Source: Chitinophaga pinensis (GTDB taxonomy: Bacteria; Bacteroidota; Bacteroidia; NS11-12g; UBA955). From it: a stretch of DNA of 64,000 nt. The notes beneath the pieces were generated by a model, which worked only from the letters and a program-made list of their open reading frames with translations, was not told the origin of the DNA and searched no databases. The stretch is taken from NCBI GenBank assembly GCA_945863965.1, contig CAMBBZ010000001.1, positions 199 to 64,198 on the forward strand. The letters are read 5' to 3'. Shown here piece by piece: positions 40,761 to 50,242 of the stretch. Every line of letters starts with the position of its first letter. Position 1 is the stretch's first letter. Made by a program: the position numbers and the translations under genes.

Positions 40761-42514
40761 GAAAACACACCAACCGAAAAATACAATCCTACCTCAATTT
40801 TGGGGTATTGTTGTTGCTTGTAGGCCTTGTTAATGTATTGGGAAATATATACTACCAACGTTTTGACCTAACCGAAGAAAAGCGCTATACACTCAGCGAA
40901 ACCAGTAAAAAGCTAGCCAAAGCACTCAAAGAACCCGTTTATATTAAGCTTTACCTCGACGGAGAAATGTCGGCCCGCTTTAAACGACTCAAACTCGAAA
41001 TTCGCGATTTGGTGTTAGAGTTCCGAGAAGCCAGCGGTCAGCAAATCGAATTGGAAATCATCGATCCCATAAAAGGCCTTTCCGAAAATGAGATGGAAGA
41101 AGTGTTTCAAGATTTCGTACAACGTGGCGTTCAGCCGGTGCGGGATGTTGATAAGGAAAAAGGCGACGAAACACGCATTAAATATTTATTGCCAGGAGCC
41201 GAACTTTTTTACGGGGAAAAACGAGGCAGTGTTAACTTTTTTGAATTCGACGTGGCCAAAACACCCGATGAAAATATTAACAAAGCCATTGATAATATCG
41301 AATATGAAATTGCCAACGGACTGCGTCAAGTTTCCCAAGAAAAATCCAAACGCATCGTTGTAGCCGAAGGCAATGGCGAAATGATTGGACCTGAGGTTAA
41401 CAGTTTCGCCGGGGAGCTCATGAAATATTATCAAATTTCATCGTTAAACCTCAATTTTAGCGATCCAGAGGCCGCAAGACCTTGGGCTGCCGACATTGAA
41501 AAGAATCCGTCTAAAGCCGATGAAATTTTCGTAAATGGATTACACGGTCGTTTAAATCTCAACGACTTACTACTCATCATTAAGCCCTTGAACGATTATA
41601 ACGATCAAGAATTGTATTTGATTGATCAATTCATGATGAAGGGGGGGCGCGTTATGTGGTTAGTGGATCCGGTGCACATGGAAATTGATAGTTTCAGGAA
41701 TTACAAACAAGTGTTAGCCATGAACCGTAATTTAGAGAATATACAATCGCTCTTATTTCATTACGGATTGGTCCTCAAGAATACCCTTTTGGCGGATTTG
41801 AATTGCAATCGCATTCCTATTCCCGCTTCTGGCCGTATGGAATTAGTAGATTTTCCATATTTCCCACTTTTACAGGGAAGTCCCCAAGAACACCCGATTT
41901 CCAAAAACATTGGAGCGGTTTGGTCCCAATTTCCCGCCCATATAGAACCTAAAATTCGTCCTAATTTAGACATTATCCCGCTATTGGTCTCTTCCCCCTA
42001 TTCGAAAATCATCAATACCCCCGCCCCTATTGATTTGGAATCCGTGTACATGCAAATGCGCGATCCAGAGGCACGTAAAACCTATGTTTCTGGGGAAAAA
42101 ATCGCCGCAGTTTTAATGGAAGGTACCTTTCAATCCCGATACCAATACATGAAAAAATACGGCAACATCCCGTATCTAAAAGAGGGCAAAAGTAAAATGA
42201 TATTAATTGCGGATGCCGATATTGCGCGCAACCCCGTTGATACGCGCGGCAGCACCTATCCAACCGGCTATGACAAAATAAGCCAATTTACATTTGCCAA
42301 CAAAAAATTCTTACTCAATTGTGTGGATTACCTCATCGACGATAACGGACTTATCGAAATCCGCTCAAAGGAACGCCGTGTACGCTTATTAGATCCCGAA
42401 AAAAGCAAGGAAGAACGTGCTTACTGGCAATGGTTTTCGATGCTGTTGCCCTTGGGTTTAATGTCATTTTTCGGCCTCATAAACTATTTCCTCCGCATCA
42501 AGCGTTATACGTAA
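40754..42514 (+). CDS. gldG: gliding-motility-associated ABC transporter accessory protein GldG
   Basis: 586 aa with N- and C-terminal TM anchors around a large periplasmic domain. GldG size, topology, and position after gldF. Confidence 0.7.
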   Translation: MVRKHTNRKIQSYLNFGVLLLLVGLVNVLGNIYYQRFDLTEEKRYTLSETSKKLAKALKEPVYIKLYLDGEMSARFKRLKLEIRDLVLEFREASGQQIELEIIDPIKGLSENEMEEVFQDFVQRGVQPVRDVDKEKGDETRIKYLLPGAELFYGEKRGSVNFFEFDVAKTPDENINKAIDNIEYEIANGLRQVSQEKSKRIVVAEGNGEMIGPEVNSFAGELMKYYQISSLNLNFSDPEAARPWAADIEKNPSKADEIFVNGLHGRLNLNDLLLIIKPLNDYNDQELYLIDQFMMKGGRVMWLVDPVHMEIDSFRNYKQVLAMNRNLENIQSLLFHYGLVLKNTLLADLNCNRIPIPASGRMELVDFPYFPLLQGSPQEHPISKNIGAVWSQFPAHIEPKIRPNLDIIPLLVSSPYSKIINTPAPIDLESVYMQMRDPEARKTYVSGEKIAAVLMEGTFQSRYQYMKKYGNIPYLKEGKSKMILIADADIARNPVDTRGSTYPTGYDKISQFTFANKKFLLNCVDYLIDDNGLIEIRSKERRVRLLDPEKSKEERAYWQWFSMLLPLGLMSFFGLINYFLRIKRYT

Positions 42515-42522
42515 ATTAAGTC

Positions 42523-43125
42523 ATGTACGAATTCATAGAAGGCAACCTCGAATCCCTTACCCCAACTCATGCGGTAATCGAATGCCAAGGCATTGGTTAC
42601 TTGACTCATATAAGTTTAAACACCTTTGAATCCATCAAAGGCAATCCGCGCGTGCGCTTGTTTATAGACCAGGTTTTCAAGGTCGAAAATCAAAATCCCG
42701 TGGCCATACAACTTTATGGCTTTTCAGACCCCGATGAACGGGTGATGTTTCGATTACTAACCTCCATCAGCGGGGTTGGAAATAACACGGCATTGATCAT
42801 GTTGTCGAGTTTAGACCCTGAATCCCTTACACAAGGCATTCTGAGCGGCAACGTTGGACTGTTAAAAAGCATCAAAGGGATAGGCGAAAAAACCGCCCAA
42901 CGGATAGTGCTAGAATTAAGAGATAAGTTAACCGGTAAAAAGTTCGCCGGCAGTTTGCCAGGCATTGGGGGAAGTTCCGACCAAATGAGTGAAGCGTTAA
43001 CCGCTTTAAGCGTTTTAGGTTATCCCAAAGCCGCCGCCGAAAAAGTATTATTACGGGTCAGCAAAGACCTAGGAGGGTTAGCCACCGTTGAGGAATTAAT
43101 CAAAAATTCGTTAAAAATATTATAA
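42523..43125 (+). CDS. ruvA: Holliday junction DNA helicase subunit RuvA
   Basis: MYEFIEGNL...GIGYLTHISLNTF and the HhH block SGVGNNTALIMLS match RuvA. Confidence 0.9.
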   Translation: MYEFIEGNLESLTPTHAVIECQGIGYLTHISLNTFESIKGNPRVRLFIDQVFKVENQNPVAIQLYGFSDPDERVMFRLLTSISGVGNNTALIMLSSLDPESLTQGILSGNVGLLKSIKGIGEKTAQRIVLELRDKLTGKKFAGSLPGIGGSSDQMSEALTALSVLGYPKAAAEKVLLRVSKDLGGLATVEELIKNSLKIL

Positions 43126-43126
43126 G

Positions 43127-46100
43127 TTGCGCGTTTACGAACAAAATAAAAGCACTTCCCGTTCGGGAATTCGTAGCCAAATAGGTTTGCGACTGCTGGG
43201 TGTAGTTTTATTGTTTTTAATCGCCATTCCTAACGTTTGGAGTCAAACAGATACCTCAAAAAACACATACAAAGTCAAATCGGCGGGCAGCAACGATCCC
43301 AATAAGCAAAATTCAAGTAATATTGACTTAGACGATCCGTTGTTGGTGACTTGGAAATATAACCCCAAGAGTAACCGTTATGAATCGTTTAAACAAGTGG
43401 GATCTTTGAGCTATCCCACAGGCGAATCGCTGTCGGTGACTAAATTTTTCCAACAAAAGAACGCCGAAAATAACGCCGCTTACAATCGTACTAAGTCACA
43501 AAATACCGATTATTCTCAAGCCATAAACAAAGGCGGCATTACCGAATATATTAAGGCGGAACTGGGCAATCCAACCGTTTCCAAGATCTTTGGAGCTGGG
43601 GGTGTCGACTTTCAATTAACCGGATCTGCGATGGTTAAATTGGGGGGTACTATTAACGAATACCGCAATCCTAATTATAGCAAACGCCAACAAAAATATT
43701 TCGTTCCCGTATTTGATCAACAATTACAAATTGCCGCCAATGGCAGTATCGGTGAATTTGTAAAATTGGGAATCAACTATGATACCGAAGCGCAGTTCGA
43801 CTTCGACAATCAAACCAATTTGGGTTGGAAAGGCAAGCCCGATGGGATTTTAAAAGACGTTCAGGTTGGTAACGTAAACCTGAATTTACCCACGCAACTT
43901 ATAAAACCTGCAAATAATTTATTTGGATTTGCGAATAGTATGCAATTTGGGAAAACCACCATCAAAACCGTTTTCTCACAAAATAGAGGTCAGAGTACCG
44001 AAACGGTACTTAAGGGAGGGGCCCAAATGAATGAATTTAAAATGACCGCCGATAACTACGATCAAAATCGGCACTTTTTCTTATCTCAATTCTTCAAAAA
44101 TCAATACGACCAATCCTTAGAAAACCTACCCATCGTAGCCAGCGGCGTTATTATTAACCGAGTTGAAGTCTGGATTACCAATCGAAATGCCAATGTTGAA
44201 ACCCCACGAGATATTTTATGTTTCCAAGATTTAGGGGAATCAAAACCCTATCGCAGCTCGCTTGGTGGCAGTCCGAATCCCGCTTCTGATAATACTTCGA
44301 ATGGCCTATTTTCTAGCATCCAAAATAACGATGCCATGCGCAGACTTGGTTCTGCTATTGATGAAACCTACCGGGTATTTCCCAATTTCGAACAAACCGT
44401 AGATTTTGACCTGTTGAACTATGCGCGTCAGCTGAAGAATACCGAATACACATTGAACACACAATTGGGCTATATTTCCTTAACCCAACCCTTGAATAAC
44501 GACGAAATATTAGCCGTTGCCTTCGAATATACCCATAACGGCAATACCTATCAAGTAGGAGAATTCTCGCGCGATATTCCCCCAGGAGATCAGCGTTTGT
44601 TGTATTTAAAGATGTTAAAAGGGAATACCATTCGCACCCAATTGCCGATATGGGATTTAATGATGAAAAACATCTACAGTCTTAACACGTATTCCTTAAG
44701 TTTAGAAGATTTTAAATTCAATGTCATTTACGCCGATGATACCTCCGGAGCCGATTACAATTATATGCCGGTGGGAACGGCAAACTTACCCCAATTGGCC
44801 AATGGATTGCCACTCATTCGGGTACTAGGGTTAGACAAGCTAAACCGGCAACAGGAAGCAAAACCCGATGGGATTTTTGATGCTATTGAGGGAATTACGA
44901 TTGAAAAAAAGACCGCCCGAATCATCTTCCCCGTGGTGGAGCCGTTCGGCGACTTCCTCCGAAAAAAGTTTGAAGACCGCGGCGATTTGGCCGATTTCTA
45001 TTGCTTTGATGCGCTTTACGACTCTACCAAGTTTTTGGCCAAGCAAGATGTTAAACACAATAAGTTTTTCCTGCAAGGAAGTTTTAAAAGTTCCAATGGC
45101 GCGGAGTTATTCTTAGGAACTACTAATTTACAAAGGGGCTCGGTGCGGGTTACGGCCAACGGTCGACCCTTGCAAGAGGGTATGGATTACGAGGTGGATT
45201 ATGCGATGGGCCGAGTGCGGATTATTAATCAAGGCTTGTTGCAAGGCGGTGCGGAGATTCGGGCGTCGGCAGATGGACAAAGCATGTTCAATATCCAACA
45301 AAAAACCCTTTTGGGAGGTCGGGTAGAACATAAATACTCCAAAAATCTTCAGATTGGTGGTACCCTTTTACATATGTACGAAAGGCCGCTGACCTCAAAA
45401 ACAAATTTCAATGAAGAACCCCTTTTGAATACCATTTTTGGTGCCGATTTGGCTTATAGTTCTAAATCGCGTTTTTTAACCAAACTGATTGATAAGCTGC
45501 CCTTCCTTGAAACCAAAGAAATCTCCAATGTTACGGCGTATGCCGAATTTGCACAAATCATACCCGGCAATCACCGCTCTCAAGGGGATGAACGAGGCGT
45601 TTCCAATTTAGAAGATTTTGAAGCTGCGGAATTGCAAAATGACTTTAAAGTAGTAGGTAACTGGACCGTAGCGAGTATCCCCCAAAAACAACCCGATTTA
45701 TTTCCAGATGCTTCATTAACCGACAAATTCCATTGGCTTGATAAGCACGCGAATTTAAGCTACTACACCATCGACCAATTATTTTATAGGGATGCAGATA
45801 TGCCCCCGAATATTCAAAATCGGGTTGATGAAATTCTCTCGAACCCGTACATGCGTCAAGTTGACCAACGGGAGGTATTCCCAGAGCGTAATTTCCCACA
45901 GGGTACCCCTACCATACTGCCCACGCTCGATTTGGCATTTGATCCGTACACAAGGGGTTTGTATAACTACAATTTTAACGATGCGGATATCGACAGCGAC
46001 GGCCGTTTGCTCAATCCCCGCAAAAGCTGGGCCGGCATCATGCGCCGCGTTGATCAGAACGATTTCGAGGCCGCCAATATTGATTACGTAGAAATCTGGC

Positions 46101-49100
46101 TCATGGATCCACTAATGGATAATCCGAATTTACAAGGCGAACTCTTGTTTCACTTGGGAAATGTGAGCGAAGATATTTTGCCCGATCGCAGAAAATCATT
46201 TGAGAACGGCTTGCCTTCACAGGTAGGCAATAAGGAAGAAATTGACACCACCCAATTCGGTTTCATTGGCACCAGTCCACAAATCAATTTTGCTTTCGAC
46301 AACGACCCTAACAGCAGACAACGTCAAGATTTAGGTCTTGATGGCATGAGCGACGAGGAGGAACTTGCCTTTTTTGATAGTGTTTATATCAAACAATTGG
46401 AATTGAATTTCGGCAATACGAGCAAAATTTATCAAGACGCGAAAAAGGATCCGTCAAATGATAATTTCTTACATTACCTAGAGGAATCTTACAACCAAAG
46501 CGATGCTGATATTGTACAACGCTATGGCCGATATCAAGGCATGCAAGGGAACAATTCCACAGAAACATTCACAGGTCAATACTCGGATATGCCAAAATCT
46601 TCATCCACACAGCCGGATTATGAAGATATTAACCGCGATTTTACCATGAATCAAAGCGAAGATTATTATCAGTATCGCGTGAAAATTTCAGCCGCCGACT
46701 TGCAAATAGGTCGCAATTTCGTATCCGATATCGCAAGCAATAATATCACACTGCGCAACGGTCAGCAGAAAGAAATAAAATGGTATCAATTAAAGATCCC
46801 GATTCGAGAATTCGAAAAAGCATACGGTAATATTTCTGATTTCAAGAGCATCCGTTTTATGCGCATGGTAGTGACCCAATTCAATGATCCCGCCGTTTTG
46901 AGATTTGGCTATATTAATATGGTTCGTGCCGATTGGCGTCGTTATACCAATTCTCTGAAAAATCCCGGCGTGATTGTTCCTGCCGACCCTAACGACGGCA
47001 CTAAATTCGTAGTCAGCACCGTTAATTTAGAAGAAAATAGCAAAAGAAGTCCCATTGCCTATGTAGCCCCTCCTGGAATCGAGCGGGTTCAAAATATGGC
47101 CAGTTTGGGGACGGTTTTAGAAAACGAACAAGCTCTTTCCCTAGTTACCTGTAACTTAATGCCTGGCGACGCTCGTGGTGCCTTTAAAACCGTGCAATAC
47201 GATATCCGCAACTATTCACGTATGCAAATGTTTGTACACGCTGAAGAGTCTGAACCCAATACCATCCTAGACGGTGAAGTGTCTGTAATTATGCGTTTTG
47301 GTACAGATTTGACCAATAACTATTATGAATATGAGGTGCCGTTAAAAATGACACGCGGTTTTATTAGTTCGAATACCTCGGGCGCCGATAACCTCATTTG
47401 GCCTAATGACAATCTCATAGATTTAGAATTTCAAAAGCTGTATGACTTAAAGATTGATCGACAGAATAATGCCTGGCCTATGACGGCACCGTATATAAAG
47501 CCCATAGAAAAAGGGAAAATTACGGTTATGGGTTTGCCCGATTTAAGCAACGTGCGGGTTATGATGATAGGGCTCAAAAACAACAGCCCCACACCGAAAT
47601 GTTTTGAAATATGGACCAATGAACTTCGAGTAAAAGACATTGCCAACTCAGGCGGTTGGGCCGCTCTTGCCAATTTACAAGCACAACTCGCAGATTTTGG
47701 TCAGTTAAACCTATCGGGTTCTATTCGAACTATCGGATTTGGAGATGTAGACAAAAAGCTCAATGACCGCAGTTTAACCAATAACTACAATTACGACATT
47801 GCCTCCAACTTAGAGTTAGGCAAGTTTTTCCCTGTCACCGCAGGGGTGAGTATTCCCATGTATGTAGGTTGGTCTGAAAGTTTTGTAAGACCTAAATTCA
47901 ATCCCCTTAATCCCGACATTAACTTAGAAAATTATCTGTCCGCCCTCTCTTCAGAAACCATAAGAGAATCTATCAGAAAAGCGGCAGAAGACTATAACTC
48001 TCTTTTCAGTTTCAATATAAACAACTTTAAGGTAGCCACACCTGGAAATAAAAAACCGATGCCTTGGTCGGCATCTAACTTTAACGGCAGTTATAGTTAT
48101 CAGAGTAATTACCGCCGCAACCAACAGATTGAAGAATACTTTATCAATACGACACAAGCCACTTTGGGATATGCCTATTCTATAAACACCAAATTCATAA
48201 CCCCATTCAAACAACTCAAAAGCAAACATTTACAACTGATACGAGACATTAACTTCAATATTTTGCCCTCCTCGTTCACGTCTCAAATGCAATTGAATCG
48301 GTTATACAGCGAAAACCAAGCCCGAAATAACAACAACTTTAAGCAAGTAAATCCGCGGTTATTTGATAAGAATTTTACATTAAACAGAAATTACAATACC
48401 GCAATTCCCTTAACGCGTAGCATTAACTTGAATTACGTAGCCAATGTAGAGGCGCGTATAGAAGAACCTTTCGGGAAAATTGATTCCAGAGAAAAACAGG
48501 ATTCCGTGCTATCCGAATTTAAAGGATTTGGACGCACCAGCCGATTCTATCAATCGGTGAATCTTACCTATACCCTGCCATTTTCTAAAATTGGCTGGCT
48601 CAAATGGATTAATGCCAGCGCTACCTATAACGGTAGTTTCGAATGGCGAATGGCTCCACCCGCTTTCACCACGCTTGGAAATACATTACAAAATAGTCAA
48701 GATATTAACGTCACCTCCCAGTTCAATTTCACGCAACTCTACACGAAAATTCCTTGGCTACGCGATTATCGCAAACCCACACGGGTATCAGAAAAACCGG
48801 ATGCCGATGATCTCGACGACGATAAAAACGCAAGTGCTTTAAAGCGGGGTAAAACAAGTATGAAACCTCCCCACCCTCTGAAAATTATTGTGGGTGACTT
48901 TTTGACCATGTTTAAAAATGCCAACGTGAATGTGAACCAAAAAGACAATAATCAATTACCTGGTTTTGCACATCGACCTGATTATTTTGGTTTCAATTTC
49001 CGACACTTAGAACCTGGAATTGGATATGCGTTTGGCTTGCAAGATCCGAATATGCGGTACAAGATGGCCGAAAGTGGCTCCTTGCGCAACGACACCCGTC

Positions 49101-50242
49101 AAGCTAATTTTTATCAAAGTAATTTTACCCGCAACATTTCCGGTAACGTTACCATCGAACCGCTGAAAGATTTCCGAATCCGATTGAGTTTCCTCAGAAA
49201 CGAAACCAAAGGCGTACAAAGTGTTTTCAAATATGACGGGACCCAATGGATGGATCAAGGCTTAACAGAAACGGGTATGTTCTCAATTTCAGGTATGTTT
49301 CTTTCTACGCACTTCGTGAAGGACATTTCCCAAAATGAAAATCATCCCAATCCTGTTTTTGATGCGTTTTTGGCCAATCGATATACGGTGGCGAGCCGAC
49401 TTCAATTGCAAGATTCTCGCATCGGGGCTACTTTAATTGATTCGGCTACTGGATTTCCAATGGCTTACAGCAAAACGTCGCAAGACGTAATTTTAGGCGG
49501 TTTCTACGCTGCCTACAGTGGTTTAGATGTAGGTCGTACCGAATTGGGCATTTTCCCTACTTTGCCTATGCCCAATTGGAATATTGACTACAACGGACTT
49601 TCGAAATTGCCCTTTTTAGAGGATATATTTACCAATATCAATATTAAACACGCCTATAAAGGCACGTATTCCGTTGGTAATTATCAACGCAACTTGAAAT
49701 TTGACAAAACCGCTGCCCCGGAATCTGGCACTGATTTTATTCCCTTATATCAAATTGCTGACGTAACCATCTCAGAAGGTTTCTTCCCACTCATTGGATT
49801 AAACTTCACGACTAAAAACAACTGGACACTCGGAATGGAATACAAGCGTAATCGTATATTGAAATTATTCGCTTCAAGTTTCAACCTTACAGAAATGCGC
49901 CAAAATGAATTCACGTTAAATGCCGGTTACCGCGTTACTGGATTAACGCTACCCATAAAACGAAAAGGACGTCGTATTTTCCTACCTAATGATTTCCGTT
50001 TCGACTTAGCCATAAGCATCAGCGACAATACCACCATCATTCGCAAAATAGATGTCAATGTGAACCGATATACCGCGGGTATGATGAACATACGAATTAA
50101 TCCCTCCATAACGTATCAAATCAATCAGAAAATAAACTTGGCCGCTCGATACAATCGAAATATCATGGATCCAAAAATCGCAACCCAATTTTATACCTCA
50201 TTAACCGACTTTGGTATTGAATTGCGCTATACGTTTAACTAA
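43127..50242 (+). CDS. sprA: T9SS translocon / gliding motility protein SprA (Sov family), 2371 aa
   Basis: Giant signal-peptide protein of SprA size, in the conserved ruvA-sprA arrangement of Bacteroidota, with a long N/Y/F-rich C-terminal beta-barrel region. Confidence 0.85.
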   Translation: MRVYEQNKSTSRSGIRSQIGLRLLGVVLLFLIAIPNVWSQTDTSKNTYKVKSAGSNDPNKQNSSNIDLDDPLLVTWKYNPKSNRYESFKQVGSLSYPTGESLSVTKFFQQKNAENNAAYNRTKSQNTDYSQAINKGGITEYIKAELGNPTVSKIFGAGGVDFQLTGSAMVKLGGTINEYRNPNYSKRQQKYFVPVFDQQLQIAANGSIGEFVKLGINYDTEAQFDFDNQTNLGWKGKPDGILKDVQVGNVNLNLPTQLIKPANNLFGFANSMQFGKTTIKTVFSQNRGQSTETVLKGGAQMNEFKMTADNYDQNRHFFLSQFFKNQYDQSLENLPIVASGVIINRVEVWITNRNANVETPRDILCFQDLGESKPYRSSLGGSPNPASDNTSNGLFSSIQNNDAMRRLGSAIDETYRVFPNFEQTVDFDLLNYARQLKNTEYTLNTQLGYISLTQPLNNDEILAVAFEYTHNGNTYQVGEFSRDIPPGDQRLLYLKMLKGNTIRTQLPIWDLMMKNIYSLNTYSLSLEDFKFNVIYADDTSGADYNYMPVGTANLPQLANGLPLIRVLGLDKLNRQQEAKPDGIFDAIEGITIEKKTARIIFPVVEPFGDFLRKKFEDRGDLADFYCFDALYDSTKFLAKQDVKHNKFFLQGSFKSSNGAELFLGTTNLQRGSVRVTANGRPLQEGMDYEVDYAMGRVRIINQGLLQGGAEIRASADGQSMFNIQQKTLLGGRVEHKYSKNLQIGGTLLHMYERPLTSKTNFNEEPLLNTIFGADLAYSSKSRFLTKLIDKLPFLETKEISNVTAYAEFAQIIPGNHRSQGDERGVSNLEDFEAAELQNDFKVVGNWTVASIPQKQPDLFPDASLTDKFHWLDKHANLSYYTIDQLFYRDADMPPNIQNRVDEILSNPYMRQVDQREVFPERNFPQGTPTILPTLDLAFDPYTRGLYNYNFNDADIDSDGRLLNPRKSWAGIMRRVDQNDFEAANIDYVEIWLMDPLMDNPNLQGELLFHLGNVSEDILPDRRKSFENGLPSQVGNKEEIDTTQFGFIGTSPQINFAFDNDPNSRQRQDLGLDGMSDEEELAFFDSVYIKQLELNFGNTSKIYQDAKKDPSNDNFLHYLEESYNQSDADIVQRYGRYQGMQGNNSTETFTGQYSDMPKSSSTQPDYEDINRDFTMNQSEDYYQYRVKISAADLQIGRNFVSDIASNNITLRNGQQKEIKWYQLKIPIREFEKAYGNISDFKSIRFMRMVVTQFNDPAVLRFGYINMVRADWRRYTNSLKNPGVIVPADPNDGTKFVVSTVNLEENSKRSPIAYVAPPGIERVQNMASLGTVLENEQALSLVTCNLMPGDARGAFKTVQYDIRNYSRMQMFVHAEESEPNTILDGEVSVIMRFGTDLTNNYYEYEVPLKMTRGFISSNTSGADNLIWPNDNLIDLEFQKLYDLKIDRQNNAWPMTAPYIKPIEKGKITVMGLPDLSNVRVMMIGLKNNSPTPKCFEIWTNELRVKDIANSGGWAALANLQAQLADFGQLNLSGSIRTIGFGDVDKKLNDRSLTNNYNYDIASNLELGKFFPVTAGVSIPMYVGWSESFVRPKFNPLNPDINLENYLSALSSETIRESIRKAAEDYNSLFSFNINNFKVATPGNKKPMPWSASNFNGSYSYQSNYRRNQQIEEYFINTTQATLGYAYSINTKFITPFKQLKSKHLQLIRDINFNILPSSFTSQMQLNRLYSENQARNNNNFKQVNPRLFDKNFTLNRNYNTAIPLTRSINLNYVANVEARIEEPFGKIDSREKQDSVLSEFKGFGRTSRFYQSVNLTYTLPFSKIGWLKWINASATYNGSFEWRMAPPAFTTLGNTLQNSQDINVTSQFNFTQLYTKIPWLRDYRKPTRVSEKPDADDLDDDKNASALKRGKTSMKPPHPLKIIVGDFLTMFKNANVNVNQKDNNQLPGFAHRPDYFGFNFRHLEPGIGYAFGLQDPNMRYKMAESGSLRNDTRQANFYQSNFTRNISGNVTIEPLKDFRIRLSFLRNETKGVQSVFKYDGTQWMDQGLTETGMFSISGMFLSTHFVKDISQNENHPNPVFDAFLANRYTVASRLQLQDSRIGATLIDSATGFPMAYSKTSQDVILGGFYAAYSGLDVGRTELGIFPTLPMPNWNIDYNGLSKLPFLEDIFTNINIKHAYKGTYSVGNYQRNLKFDKTAAPESGTDFIPLYQIADVTISEGFFPLIGLNFTTKNNWTLGMEYKRNRILKLFASSFNLTEMRQNEFTLNAGYRVTGLTLPIKRKGRRIFLPNDFRFDLAISISDNTTIIRKIDVNVNRYTAGMMNIRINPSITYQINQKINLAARYNRNIMDPKIATQFYTSLTDFGIELRYTFN

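Noticed and set aside
44840-50188. Short ORFs on both strands inside sprA (44840..45076, 45128..45331, 45645..45899, 45792..46091, 47431..47673, 47951..48229 and others)
   Set aside because: They lie inside a continuous 2371-aa reading frame and have no distinguishing features.
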